This document shows, piece after piece, positions 14,369 to 27,244 of a DNA stretch of 64,000 bases (the stretch's first letter is position 1; the number at the start of each line of letters is the position of its first letter). Source of the DNA: Bispira polyomma (lineage: Eukaryota); contig OZ287749.1 of assembly GCA_965649765.1 (NCBI GenBank), positions 2,604,001 through 2,668,000 of the forward strand. Direction: 5' to 3'. Position numbers and translations under genes: made by a program. Under the pieces are notes generated by a model. That model made no database searches and had not been told where the DNA came from. It was given only the letters and a program-made list of their open reading frames with translations.

Positions 14369-15117
14369 AGCAGTGAAAGAATCAAATCGGCTGCCGGTCG
14401 TCGTCTGTTGTTGGCAACATGTAAACAGAGGTTTAAGGTTTATGTATAAAGAGAGACTGGTTGTGATTGGGAAAAAGACTGATTTGCATAAATACATCTG
14501 TCAGTAAACACAAAAAGGTCACTCAAGGTATTTCACCTTTGTGAACACAAAAAAAAACCTGCTTTTTTTACATCTGATTACTTTTTTTTTTGTTGTGATA
14601 AAAAAAACCCAACAAAAAAGCAAAGTGAATAATGTTTGCAAGTTACCAATGTACATTATGTGAAATGCATTTTTTTCACTAGTTTTGAAGCCCAATTTAT
14701 CTTCATTAACATTGTACATGATATTTTTAAAGTGTTGAACAACACAGAGATATGTCATTCTTGTTGTACATAGATTTCATATTTACAAATGTAGCCATTT
14801 TTTCTTCACACAAAAAAATTGCCATTTTTCCACTTTCTGCTACAGTTACACATCAGCTACCGAAATGGAGCCATTAATTAAAGAGTAGAGAGGGATGGGT
14901 TATAGTCTCGGCCATGGTAGGTTTTTGGCCAAGTTGGCAGTAGACTTGCTGAAAATAGGTTCAGAAAGCCTTGACCAACTAGCGTGCTCTAATTTCTTTC
15001 AACATTGAACTGTTTGTAATGATGTGGCCACAGATATAGTGAAAGTGATGTTGAAGCCACACTAAATATTAAATATAAAACCTTTCTATCATCTTTTTGG
15101 TCTGTTTACGTTTTTAG

Positions 15118-15266
15118 ACTGGATGAGTCCGAACAGGTTCGGTTCCACAAGAGTCGCTTGAAGATTTCAGCAGTGCAGGTGGAGGACAATGGGGTGTACT
15201 CCTGTCAGGCCAGTAATGAGGGCGGACAGGCTACCAGTCTAACAAACTTCATTCTAAACGTGCCAG
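15118..15266 (+). CDS. PTK7: PTK7/off-track-like receptor, internal coding exon A (C-terminal half of Ig2)
   Basis: Acceptor tttacgtttttag|, donor cag|gtaggt. 149 nt (1+49 codons+1) reading LDESEQVRFHKSRLKISAVQVEDNGVYSCQASNEGGQATSLTNFILNVP. Has the Ig I-set motif LxIxxVxxEDxGxYxCxAxN. GQATSLTNFILNV resembles human PTK7 GQACSSQNFTLSI (recalled, not searched). Absent from the ORF track. Confidence 0.9.
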
Positions 15267-15575
15267 GTAGGTGAATACAGGCTACCAGTCTAACAAACTT
15301 CATTCTAAATGTGCCAGGTAGGTTAATACAGGCTACCAGTCTAACAAACTTCATCCTGAACGTGCCAGGTAGGTCAGCTGAAACCAGTCTAAAAGTATGA
15401 GATCCTCAATATAACAGGTGGAAGAGGAAACCAGTTTAAAGAACTTCAACCAGAATGTGCAAGGTAGATCAATGGGAACCAGCTTAACAAATTCATTCTG
15501 AATTTACCAAGTAGGTTTAAAGTAGGTCTAAAAGTCTAATCCTAAATGTAACAGGTGTACAGTAAGCCAGTTTAT
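15226..15575 (+). repeat. 51-bp tandem repeat made from the exon A 3' end and splice donor
   Basis: acaggctaccagtctaacaaacttcattctaaacgtgccag|gtaggt at 15226, 15277 and 15328, then about 4 degenerate copies. Confidence 0.9.
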
Positions 15576-18500
15576 AGGTTTATAAATCTACAATTCGGAT
15601 GAGATTTTTTATCATCCACCTGTTCCTGTTGTCTTGGATCTATTGTGAATCCTGATCCATCTCAGCACTGTCCTGGTGTTTGGTTGTCTGTAGGTGTGTA
15701 AGGGGCTGTATGACTGTGTGGATGGCTGTCTGGTTTCTGACTGGCTGGTTGTATGTGTGACGCTTTTATGTGTGATTATGTCTGGTTGTCTGACTATCTG
15801 GTCTGTGACTGGTTGGTTATATATGTGCTGTCTGTGACTTTTTGACTGGTTGGTTGATGCCCCAGCCAGTATTCCCCCCCAGTCTCTCTGTTGCCTGGTT
15901 GTATGTCTGACTGGTTGTATGTGTGGTTGGCTGTATGGGCTAGGGTTTCACACTTGCCCCAGCCAGTATTTCCCCCAATCTCCCCCCTGATACCAAACCC
16001 ACATATTTGTTCTCTCCACATTTTACACCTTCTGTCTTTGGACTAGAATAGATCCCATTTTCACAGCAAACAGATCACTTTCCTTTGAAGCCAGCCAGTT
16101 TTAATTGGAAGCATCTCATTCTGGTGAGAAATACACATACAACCTCCTTCTTGTCATGACTTGGTCTTTGTTCAATATTGGGTCAGCTACCAAAACAAAA
16201 AGGCTGCCAAAAATCTCACTGTAAACCAAGTCCCTTTCTATCTCCAGCCTTGCTTATGGCTCATATCTCTCGGTTATTAATTTCGTGTCCCTGTTTCACA
16301 TATTAAGTAGTAATAAAATCACAGATTTATGTTCAGAAATACTGAAGTTTGGTCTGTAACATTTTTTTAATCGGTTTGAAGTTTGAACTAAACGAGACTG
16401 TCTGACACATATATATATATATAAGCCTTAAGTCAGGCTAGATATTTATAGCTAGTTTTGTCAATCAGATAGAAAAACATGGGATGATCTGACTCCCTTT
16501 GTTTGATTCATCTCTAAACACAACTCAATCAGCAGCAGGAATGAAGTAGTCACAGTTCAGCTGACATTATATGGATCAGGCTTAAACTCAGACTCTACCC
16601 AAACTCAAATCTGGGTTAATCTGGAAAAAAAATTGAAAATTTAATTAAAAAAAATAAATAAATCTGACTTCATATTTGAATTCAGTGTTTAAAGCTCTAT
16701 TAAAACGAATGGTGACAAGTAGGTGTTATTCCGATGTACAAGGATTTCCCAGTGGCCGTTGAGTTTGAGTTTGAAAACAGGAGTTTATATTTCAAGAATA
16801 CATCAGCCAGTGTCATCAGATAATAGGCTTTCTATTAAGTGCCTACAGGGCTACATTACAGAACCCCAGCTAGGTTCATACCAATAATTGAATGGCTAGG
16901 ATTTCATTGATCAGGGCCAGTGGTTTGTATGTTGGTTGTGATTGGAGGGAGGGGTTTTTGGTGGATTAGGATGGCTGGGTGATAGTACAACAAGTTGTAT
17001 GGATGACCCTCTCTTTGGCTCACTTGATTGTGTGTGTGTAGGATGGGGATTAGGTGTAACTAATAAGGGTTTGTGTGATAGGGAATGTTTCTTACCTCGA
17101 CTATCCAAATGTGATAATTTTGTTTGCATAATATAATGTTTAATGACATGGAATTTTTGTCAAGTACTTGCCGTACATCCGTGGTTTACAGTGGCTTCAG
17201 CATTGATTTCTTCCACCATTAAATCTGGCCATTGTGATATGACCTAAGCTCCTGAAAAGTGACTTAAAACCTCAAGTAAATTTCTCCTGAAAGTGACTTA
17301 AAACCCCAAGTAAATTCAAATATTTAACGAAGATATTTTATTCTTAACAAATGTTGATAGGAAAGCACACACATGGAAACAGTAGAATCTTCGTTTGGGT
17401 TGTCACTTATCTGCTGTTTTCTATCGTAATTTTGTTCGATGGAAAATAACCACCCCCCAATAACCGCCCCCCACCCACACACACAGGGCTCCATGTATAA
17501 ATAAGTGGGGGGGGGGGGGATTAGGCTGGACCTCTAGGGACTGACCAGCATACACCACTGATCACTCCTCCTCTAGTCACTCACTCTCCCACCACATGAC
17601 TGGAATAAGTTCAAATCTCAGGGGTTGGGGGGTTGGGGGGGTAAACTAAAGTGTGGAGTTATGTCACAAAGGCAGGGAATGATTTTTTGTTTACAGTAAA
17701 ACATCTAAGGAAAGTAAAGCAGAATATACTTTCTCATTAGCCAATATGTGTTCTCTATTTTGTAAAAAAAGATCCAACTTTATAGGATAGGGTGTCCATA
17801 TATAACACTGGCAGACCAAGAGGCAAAAGCACTGCACCTTAGAATCCGCTAGCATGGAGATTAAGCACTATAAAAGTTAGATTCGATTAGATTGGTGGAC
17901 AGGATTGTAAAAAAGTAAAGGTCGTTTTCTGGAAAATGGAGAAAAACATGTATGGTCAGTTTGGGTGTGGGATACATTGGCTCTTTCAAGTTGCTTCATG
18001 TAATTGAGATCTTGATAAATCTAAACCTGGCTGAACTGTAGCCATTAATATGTGCTGTTTTGACCTTTTTCCCCAACTCCCCAAAAATGTAAACCTTGTC
18101 CATATGAGTCTCTCTTGATGATTTTGTCTGCAAAAAACACGTTGCTTTTGTCATTGGTTTGTGTAAAGCTTTTGTCTGATCATCCAAAAAGTGTAGATTT
18201 GCTTCGAACAGGGCACTGCTATTTTCCTTAGGATATCCCTTTGTTTGTCTCCATACACTACAATTTTGCAAATATGGAAATGATCCTTCGCACTTTGTGA
18301 GAAATAGTGTGACTTCAAAGATGAATAGGTTATATAATAAAACTAGTGATTCTTTCATTGACTATTTGCCTAGAGTTCAAGGAGAGAAATTCCTAACCTG
18401 TGTGGGTAGTTCTTAAGTCAGTAATCAGAGTCTCTTGTTCTCATTCAGTTAGCTGTGGCTCTGCAGTCCATAAGATAAAATCGTTTGGAATAAAATTTCT

Positions 18501-20050
18501 TTTAAAAAACTTTTCGGTTTGGGTACAGACACTTAAAAAGCTTAATACTATCAGTTCACACTATAGTAACACAGTAGTCATTTCTTTTTTTGTTTTTTTT
18601 TAAGCAATGTATCTGTATTTACAAAATCTTGAGTCATTTATTAGCCAGAACAAGTTGTTTATATAGCTGTGGAATACTTAAGGTCACCATAAACCGACCT
18701 CACTTTTAGGTGAATGTTACACAAACTTATGGTGGTTACCTTAACTTGAACCTTAATTTAGTTGAGGTTACCATAACCTAAAATTTAAGCAAACCAGAGC
18801 TTATGTCTTTGCTGATGGTAACCAGTTTGAGTTTTTACTTTCAAATATCCGACATCAAATTGTTGCTGTGTCTGATTTGTGTGGTTTTATAAAATGGCTG
18901 ATTTGGTTATAAGAATAAACAATAAAATCAATAAAGTTAAGAAACCGCATGTTTAACTCTTTCGATCCCTAGGACTGCTTGAGTAGAGGTATGTGTCTTC
19001 TAGTCCCTTCAGGTTCTACTTATAAAGGGGTTCATCCATCAAACCCCTTTAAGTAGAACTCTGATAAGTAGAATTAACTGTTAAGTAGAAGTAATTATAA
19101 GGTCCCATTGCTATATTCTAATTAAAATTTACCCTGTTAAGTAGAATTCCTGTTAAGTAAAAGAAATATGTCTGGTCTCTTAAGATTACACATAACAGGT
19201 TGTACTGTACATCAGTCATTGGCTTTAAAGGTATAAACACACACAGCAGTGTCTGGATCCGAAAAACGATGACAGGATAGTTTATTTATAAGGTCAATAG
19301 TTGTAACTACCTAGTACATGTGATTTAACCATCAGAACACGATATTTTCGCTCTGCGAGTTAAAAATTCGGATGTGTACATTGCACATTGGATGTCGCAA
19401 ATCGCAGCAGCATGTATTAGAAGAAATAAAGATAATTTATTACTACTAAAACTTCTCAATCGCAAATTGTGCGTCATTTGCTGCAAATCGTGTACATGAG
19501 AACGTAGACTTAATCTTTTACTCTTTTTTTTTTTTCCCTATATATGCTGTTTACTCCCCCTCTCAATCCCTCCGCTTCCCCCCAATCTAATCCCATCAAT
19601 GAGATCCCCCACAGCCAACAGCCTTCCCACCATTTCGTCCTGTTATTTGGCCAATTTAATGGCAACCAACACTCCAAATTGAATCAGCACAGACAGACTT
19701 TAGCACGGGGCCATATAGGGCCCCGTACTATGGATTGTGCATGTTTTCTGGAAGCAGGATCCACTAATCTGGTTGACTTCTCACAGCAATCGCTGGAGTG
19801 ATGATTTAAATGGGATTGAAAACAAAGCACAGCCTTTTTTGGGGGGCGGTGCAAAGGTTTATGGGGCAAAATATGCTTCCTAGATAGCTCTTTGGTCTGT
19901 TCTTTTTCTCTCCTTAACGCTCTGTCCGCAAAGAAATATAAAATGATAACTCTTGAAACAACTTCAATGACAAACTGATAAAGAATTTTTTGTTACAAAG
20001 TTAAAGGTTACAGTCAAAACTAAGTTGTCTTTTAAAAAAGACACAGGCGC

Positions 20051-20295
20051 ACACAGTGTGAAATACACTGATGTTGATATGGCCACTATATACTCAGGTA
20101 CACAGTGTGAAATACATTAACATTGATATGGCAACTACATATTCAGGTACACAGTGTAAAATACACTAACATTGACATAGCCACTATATACTCAGGTACA
20201 CAGTGTGTAACACACTGACGTTGATATGGCCACTATATACTCAGGTACACAGTGTGAAATACACTAACGTTGATATGGCCACTATATACTCAGGC
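20051..20295. repeat. 49-bp minisatellite, 5 copies, inside a dispersed repeat
   Basis: acacagtgtgaaatacactgatgttgatatggccactatatactcaggt at 20051, 20100, 20149, 20198 and 20247. Confidence 0.93.
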
Positions 20296-23157
20296 AAACC
20301 TTAAAACCCTTAGTTTGGACGTGTTGATTGCTTCCAACCAATCCATAAATGCCTTGCATGTTATTTTTGGTGGGGCCATTTTCAATGGGGTGCCCTTTCC
20401 AGAATACCAATAATCCCTTTCTTATAGATGACCATCCCCTAGTGAACTCTTAAGTCTGAATTAAAAAGCCCATGTAATGACCTTAGAGACATTTTAGGTT
20501 GTGTTAGTCCATCAGTTTATACAGTGTCAACAACTAGTAATGAAGCAAATAATGTCTTAAAAATTTGGTATGGGTTTTGTCAGTATCCCACTGGAAAGTA
20601 AATTTGTAACAAAATGTTTCTATAAAAGACTGGCCAAGTGTATGTGGTATTTAAGTTTGAGCTTAACAATGCTGATTAGTTTACAACAAATCAGCAGTTA
20701 CAGTTTCCAAACAAGAAGTCCTTACAATCTTGACCTTATATAACCTTTCAGAAAAAGTCCAATAAACATCCCAACAGGTGTACTAAGAGATTCTGTATTC
20801 ATATTGTTATAACTTTTCTAAACTGTTGCTTTTACAAGTCTCATCTCTATTAAAGCTTCCAGAGAATCACTCTATTGAGAGAATTGGTTTTTAAAGGTTC
20901 ATTTGAAACATGTTCAGAAGTTCCACACTGTTGTGAAGTATATTACAAAGTTCAGCCGTTAGTCTGCCATTCTTTTTAAATGTCTTTGAGGACATTTCTA
21001 GTTTTTTTACACAAAAAAACAACTAAATACCTGACCAGACACAGGACATTGGTGACACGATTGGATGCCTTGAGGACATTGAAACGACTCCCGCCTCATC
21101 TGACTATCATGTACATACTAACTAATGGTACCTTGTCTGAATCATGTGACAAGTGTTTCAACAGCCACTGCCAACAGACACACACGTCTTGGAAAATATG
21201 TATTGCTTTCATCTGATAATAATCCTAAGTATTGTAAAGTGTGTTTTGTTGGATATCAGTTTTCTGAACATGTTAGAAAAGAAAGGATGTGGTTTAGATA
21301 ATAGAAGGTTCATTAATTTTGTAGCAACCAAAAAATAGTATACAGTTCAAGCACTTTACGTCCAAGGGCAAATTTGATTAGATTTACTATTTACTGTATA
21401 TCAGTATATATCCCCAGACCATCTGATTACCTGCAGACTGTGTGACTGATATACTGTGTGAACACATGGCACATCTAGTCAGTTTGGTGTCTGGAGATTT
21501 GACCCATGAGTGACCAGAGGTCATCCCTTGGAGCAGACTCTCTGGCTCCATGAACTGACCACTAATGACTGGTCTGACAAATGACCAGTCCACACATGTA
21601 ATATATATATATACCAGTCACAAAGGTACCCAGACAAGACCCACATGTGTTACCTAGTCTCCAACCAGACTTGTTATGTGTCAGTGTGTGTGCATTACAT
21701 GTATTGTAATTACACCTGGCCGTTTTCCCCCATGGACTAAAAAAGTGTCCACCATATTCAACTATTGTGCATAGTTACCTCTTTATAAGCCATATTTACA
21801 AACTGTCTTAGTTAAACTTTGTCATGAGCTTAACATCATGTAATATATTTAAGATTTACCAGCTGGTAATTTCTTGTATTGTAACAAATGAGAGGCACCA
21901 TGAGAATATGGGATGATTGTCTGCTTTTACAGAAAAGCCTGACCAGACTAGCAAACTTGATACATTGAACAGATATGGGTCTCTTGTAGTATTTTACCTT
22001 CACACATAAGCGCCTTGATCAAGGCTAGACACCTAATGCAGTATAAATGGAACAATTCTAAGGACATGACAAGCACCTTGACAAAACTACTGGCTTGATT
22101 CAGTAATACAAGACATTGTGAAGACACCAAAGAATGTCTGCTGTCCCTGTGGTCTTGTGGTTAGAGTGTTAGACTTGGGATCAGAGGGTCTCAACAATTG
22201 GTTGACATGTGGAATAACCCAGGGCGGGGGGGGGAGGGGGGGAGGGGAGGGTGTAACCTGTAAAGTCAGATTGGACCTCATCAGAAGGTGATATCAGGCT
22301 ATATAAACCTACATTGACATAAACGCTGTCACCAGGCTAGTAAAAGTTAAATAGAACTTGTTTCAGTGGCAAGAGGCATTCTGGTGACAGACATAGGATG
22401 ACTTCTCACACATACAGACACCAGCACACACTGGGGACATATTGACAGAACACCTGACGCCAGCTTCAGTTCGTGAAATAACTGTGTGAAGCCTTGGAAA
22501 TTCTGCTCTTGTAAAACTTAATTAAGAAAAAAAAAACACCTAATTATATTTGTTACCTGAGTGTCAGTTTCAGTCAAGTACAGTCTAGTAACATTATCTT
22601 GAAGCTATTTTAAGTAATAAGGATGAATATCTATTAACAATTTTAGCATACAAAATGAAGCAAGAAAAGTGATCTATCAAGGGAAGCCTGTATTAAAAAT
22701 TAACCTTAAGTAAACTATGTGAGTTTAAGCAGGAACTTAAACTTGTGTGTCGATTAATCACACAGTGATATGGTTTAGTAACTGTAGCAAGTATTTCTGA
22801 CCAACTGTTACCTTTTATCAGTGGAGTCATAAAGTCACAGTAATATGTTCATAATAATACACACTAACTACACTGAACAAGTACAGGATGGTACACAGGT
22901 GGGGGTGGGGGGAGTAACGGGGCGGTGAACCTACATATCAACTCAATAGATGGCATACCTCTGCCAAGAAGCAACAGTGCCAAAAAGTTTTTTAAAAACG
23001 CCAACTAATTTCTGGATTCCCTGACTCTTTGGATCTGCCATGTCATATAGTTCCTGTCTTTCTTTTGGTACACATACCTCCAGTTTCCCAAACTTAGCAG
23101 TGGAGCCAAGGAAAGGAAGTCGAGTGCGTTAAACCACTCTTTTCAAAATAGTATTTA

Positions 23158-23273
23158 CAGTAGAACCTCTATTATCTGAACTTGTGTTATCCAAATATTT
23201 ATATTAAGGACTCTTTTTTCCACTCCCCGAAATCTTGCTCTCCCAAAATGTTTGAATAATAGAGGTTCCACTG
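23158..23273. mobile_element. Tc1/mariner-pogo (Tigger-like) MITE, TA TSD; abundant family
   Basis: TA|CAGTAGAACCTCTATTATC...AATAATAGAGGTTCCACTG|TA. Relatives at ~4105-4295, 28330-28485, 34400, 37280-37395, 41780-41868, 60128-60233, 60510-60685 and 63055-63310. Confidence 0.85.
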
Positions 23274-24469
23274 TACTTGGAACAAAAGTTACAAGTTTCC
23301 ACTCAGTATATATTGTATTGTATAAAATTGTATAGTGGTAGAATATACCACAGACTTAGAAGTTCTTCACCACAAGAGCTAAGGTACATGTATATCTATC
23401 TGCCTTGACCAGCTCTATAGAGCTAATCTCCAGGGTTAATTGTTTGCCATGGTAACCTAGGGGGGGGATAAGGGTGTACAATCTGGTGGAGTGGTATTCT
23501 GGAGAGTTGGATCCCTGTAGCTGTCCAATCTCTGGATAGTTCAGCTCTGTCTTCCTCCCTGATAAAACCCTGGCAGATCCCAAGTCTCTAGAGTAAGTGC
23601 TTCACACCAGCCACTAGTAATCCCAGTGTCAGAAAGGTCACTGGCTCCTGGACATCTTGGCTAGCCACTTGCTTTTAAGATCTCTGGACAATTGGGCTTT
23701 CAGGATAAGTCGGATAACATTTGGGATAACCTCTGTTTTTTCCATGTAGGCAATGTCAGTATATTAAACCTTTTTACAACTTGGAAAAAATTATCGCTGG
23801 GAACTGAAGAAATATTTTTCGGTAATAGTTTACAGATGGTTAGAGTCACTTAAGCACACACCACATGCAACTTCCTACATTTAATAATATATTTTCTTTG
23901 AGCTTTCTCAACCCTAATACTTATGTCATAGCTTTGTTTTAAAGGTGGGATCTACTCTACAAACAGTGCTAAGCAAAAACTTAAACTTAAGACAACTTGA
24001 TCTAACAGTTCACTGTGCTATTCTAAATTAAATTTAAACTAAGATTTTGCAAGAAAAAAACCATTGAATTTTTGTCCCAGATGTAGAATATAAGAACTGT
24101 TGTGGTAATATTTATATTAATCTTGCCTCTAACTCATCTAACTATATTACTGAATTGTGTCACAGCATAATATGCTGTAGAAAACATGGTGCCAGCACAT
24201 GAGAATAAAGACTGAAATTACAGGGCACTGAACAACGAGTAGTTGGTATTCTGAGGTGGCTTTCTGAAGCCAAAGAAAAATAATCTCCACCCAAGGACAG
24301 AGTAATAATGGCAATAAGGAAATGAGGGGTAAGGTCACCCCCCCCCCCCCCCCCCACCCTCCCCTAGCTATGGTACATACAGGGATTTGTCATATTGCTA
24401 TAACTACAAAATATCAGTACATTGTATTTATCTAAATAATCCCCCCCTCTTCCTATTAAATGTCACACC

Positions 24470-24568
24470 CCTTTTCCCTACCCCCCCTTTTCCCTACCCC
24501 CCCTTTTCCCTCCCCCCCTTTTCCCTACCCCCCTTTTCCCTACCCCCCTTTTCCCTACCCCCCCTTTA
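24470..24568. repeat. Pyrimidine-rich ~15-bp tandem repeat (ccccttttccctacc)n
   Basis: About 6 copies. The minus strand is G-run rich. Confidence 0.9.
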
Positions 24569-27022
24569 ACTCCTTTTTTTTTTACCCCACATCCTATTAT
24601 AGTGGGAGAAAGCAAGACTATTTTGTTCAGATAGGAGGAGGTTCCTAAAATAAAAAAGGCCATTTCTCTCAGTGGATGCTTTGTGGTAAGGACCTTTTGC
24701 CTGCCTCTGGACTTTCCCTTTTGGATATCAGGGCCTTAGAGTATGTTCTTATCAATTTAGCACTTTATAAATGTTTCAATTATTATTGTTATTATTATTT
24801 CTGTCCGAAGCAATAGGAAAACATCAATTTGGGAGAGTGGAGATAAGTTCATACAATTGAATATTTGGATTATAGAAGTTTGGATAAGAGGTTCTATTGT
24901 AATTGTATCCACCGTAGTTATTGAAGTCTTGTTTTTATCCGTTGCCACACATTACCATTATAATACAATCAGTAGAGTAACAACGAAAAAATGATGTTGA
25001 CTATATAGGGGTATACTGTCTTCACCCAGTTTGTCAGGATTGGGTACGGAGCGAGTTTCCACATATAAAATAACATGGATGAAGTTCACCTTTGGTTCAA
25101 ATTTTACTTAGAGGTTGAAATGTCATGGTATGGTCAAAATCAGTTCAGTAGGTTGTGAGTACTGCTGCTAACAGACAGACATATAAACAAAGGGAAAAAA
25201 CATCACCTTCTTGATGGAAGGTGATAAAGTGTATGATATAGACATGAACTGAAATGATTCTAACCTTTAGGTGTTGACTTGCTTATATAATATTGTATGG
25301 TACACACCACCTGTGTACTAAGATCTAGCAGTGGAGTGTAACCAATGGTCTATCACCACCCTATACAGGTCACTAGATAAGAGATAACACCCCTTCTTAT
25401 CAGTAGCCCCAGTCCTCCCCAATCACTGGACTTGCAGTGTATATCTGTACATATTACCCAACCACCACCTCCCTTTTCTCTGTACACCAGTTCTGGATAA
25501 AATACCTGTTTGTCTTCCCTGCTGTGGTGCAAGCACACCTGACCATTCCACGCCCCACCCCCCCTTTCCCTTAAAAAAAATCAATAAAACTCCCCCCCCC
25601 CCCCCCAGTCCAGCCCAAATGTCAGTAGTAGATCTACATGTAACCTGTCTGCCTGCCCCCCCATGTCCATCCCAAAGGTCAGTACTAGCCACCTGTAGAG
25701 TGTTACAGTCTATCTCCTTCTCAGGTTCCTCTTTGGCAGAATTTACTTTAGTGTGAAATCACAGGTGTATACAATTTGATGATAAGCACAGTGGCACACG
25801 TGTGGGGTTGTTCTGGATCATAGAAGGTTCATAAAATAGAAGAGGCATTTCTGTAGTGAACAATAGGAAAACATCAATTTGGGAACACTGAAAGTGAAAA
25901 TATTAAGTGACTTAGTGTATGTACACATTTAAGCGGCCTCCGATTTCAGATGTATGAATTGCTAATGAGATGTCTCCTTCCCCCCCTCCCCCCACACACA
26001 CACCTCCCCTTATATGAAAACTATTGGGCTATCTGCGATTTTACATTCTCAGCCAATTTTTTCAGTCCTGGAGCGAAAAATTCGCATTCGGGAGCCACAA
26101 ATCGTGAGTCGCAATTCGCAGTCTGATAAATGTGAACAAATAAACAAAATATATGAGGAGAGAAAATATCGCAGCTGCAAATTGGACGTCTGATGTCGGA
26201 AGCCGCTTACATGTGTACATACACTTAGTAAACTTTGAATATTTTGGGATGGTAGAAGTTTGTATAGAAGAGATTCTGCTGTACCTCTGTACTGCCCAAA
26301 ACATCCACCAATAAAACCATGCATATCATCTCCATTGGGGATTAAGTGGATCTTTCCATTCAGGCACTTTTCTGAGGGGATCAGGCTGACAGCAAGTTTA
26401 TCGGTTTCATTGATTTGGAAGTACCTGTTCCCATGCGAGCAATGCCAATACACAGGGCAATGCAAAGCAATTTTTTAGAGTGGTAACACACTCGCATAAC
26501 ACCTCTGGTGGTGTGAGTTAGAATCTCAGCCCTGACATGTATGTGGGAAAGTTGACAGTATACTTGCTGAAGGCTGGTGGTTTGCAGAACAGTGAAACCT
26601 CGACCAACTAATTACCAGCCCCCCCCCCCCATTCTGATTTCCCCCTTTACTCATTGAGCTGTGAGTTGTGCTGTGCTGCAGAACTTGATGAAAGTGACGT
26701 TGTACACCCAAACCCCACTATAAACTCAATTCAATTGTTATAGCTTTGCGTTCTCATCAGGTGCGAGTTTATAACATACAAGATTTCCTTCCCCCCTTCC
26801 TTTTTCTACCTAAACCAGGTCTGTCATTCCTTGACCCACTGACTACACTCACCAGCTGTATTTATATATATATCATCTAACCCCCCCCCCCCCCCCCCCC
26901 CCCATAGTGAGTGTTGTTAGGGCTGATAGCCCCTGTACACAGGGCCACATTCATTCACAATGTGCAGACAGCTCACAGTGGGGGAAACCACCAGTGGTCC
27001 AATTCTAGGGAACCAGTATAAA

Positions 27023-27244
27023 GCCCTGTTTAGACTCTTCTGGATTAAACCAGATACGGCCAAATCTAGGTACAGTGTTCGGACTACACAATCCGGATTG
27101 AAAACATAAAGAGGGTTGGCTCATTGCTGGTCAATCTTCTAGAAACCACTTCTGTAGTTAGATTCACCCTAACTGGGAGTATTCAGACTAACATTCTATC
27201 AACCTTTGTCAATTTGAATAAAATGAAACAGTCTAAACACAGGG
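27023..27244. mobile_element. PIF/Harbinger-like MITE; its right end plus flank is tandemly duplicated (27228-27490)
   Basis: Imperfect TIRs CCCTGTTTAGACT...AGTCTAAACACAGGG. The acagtctaaacacagg...gagatgtaatgctg...cattat block repeats at ~27367. Confidence 0.65.

Noticed and set aside
15277-15368. Repeat units as extra micro-exons (each has cag| and |gt)
   Set aside because: The intervening sequence is only 14 nt, too short for a spliceosomal intron, and it lacks a pyrimidine tract.
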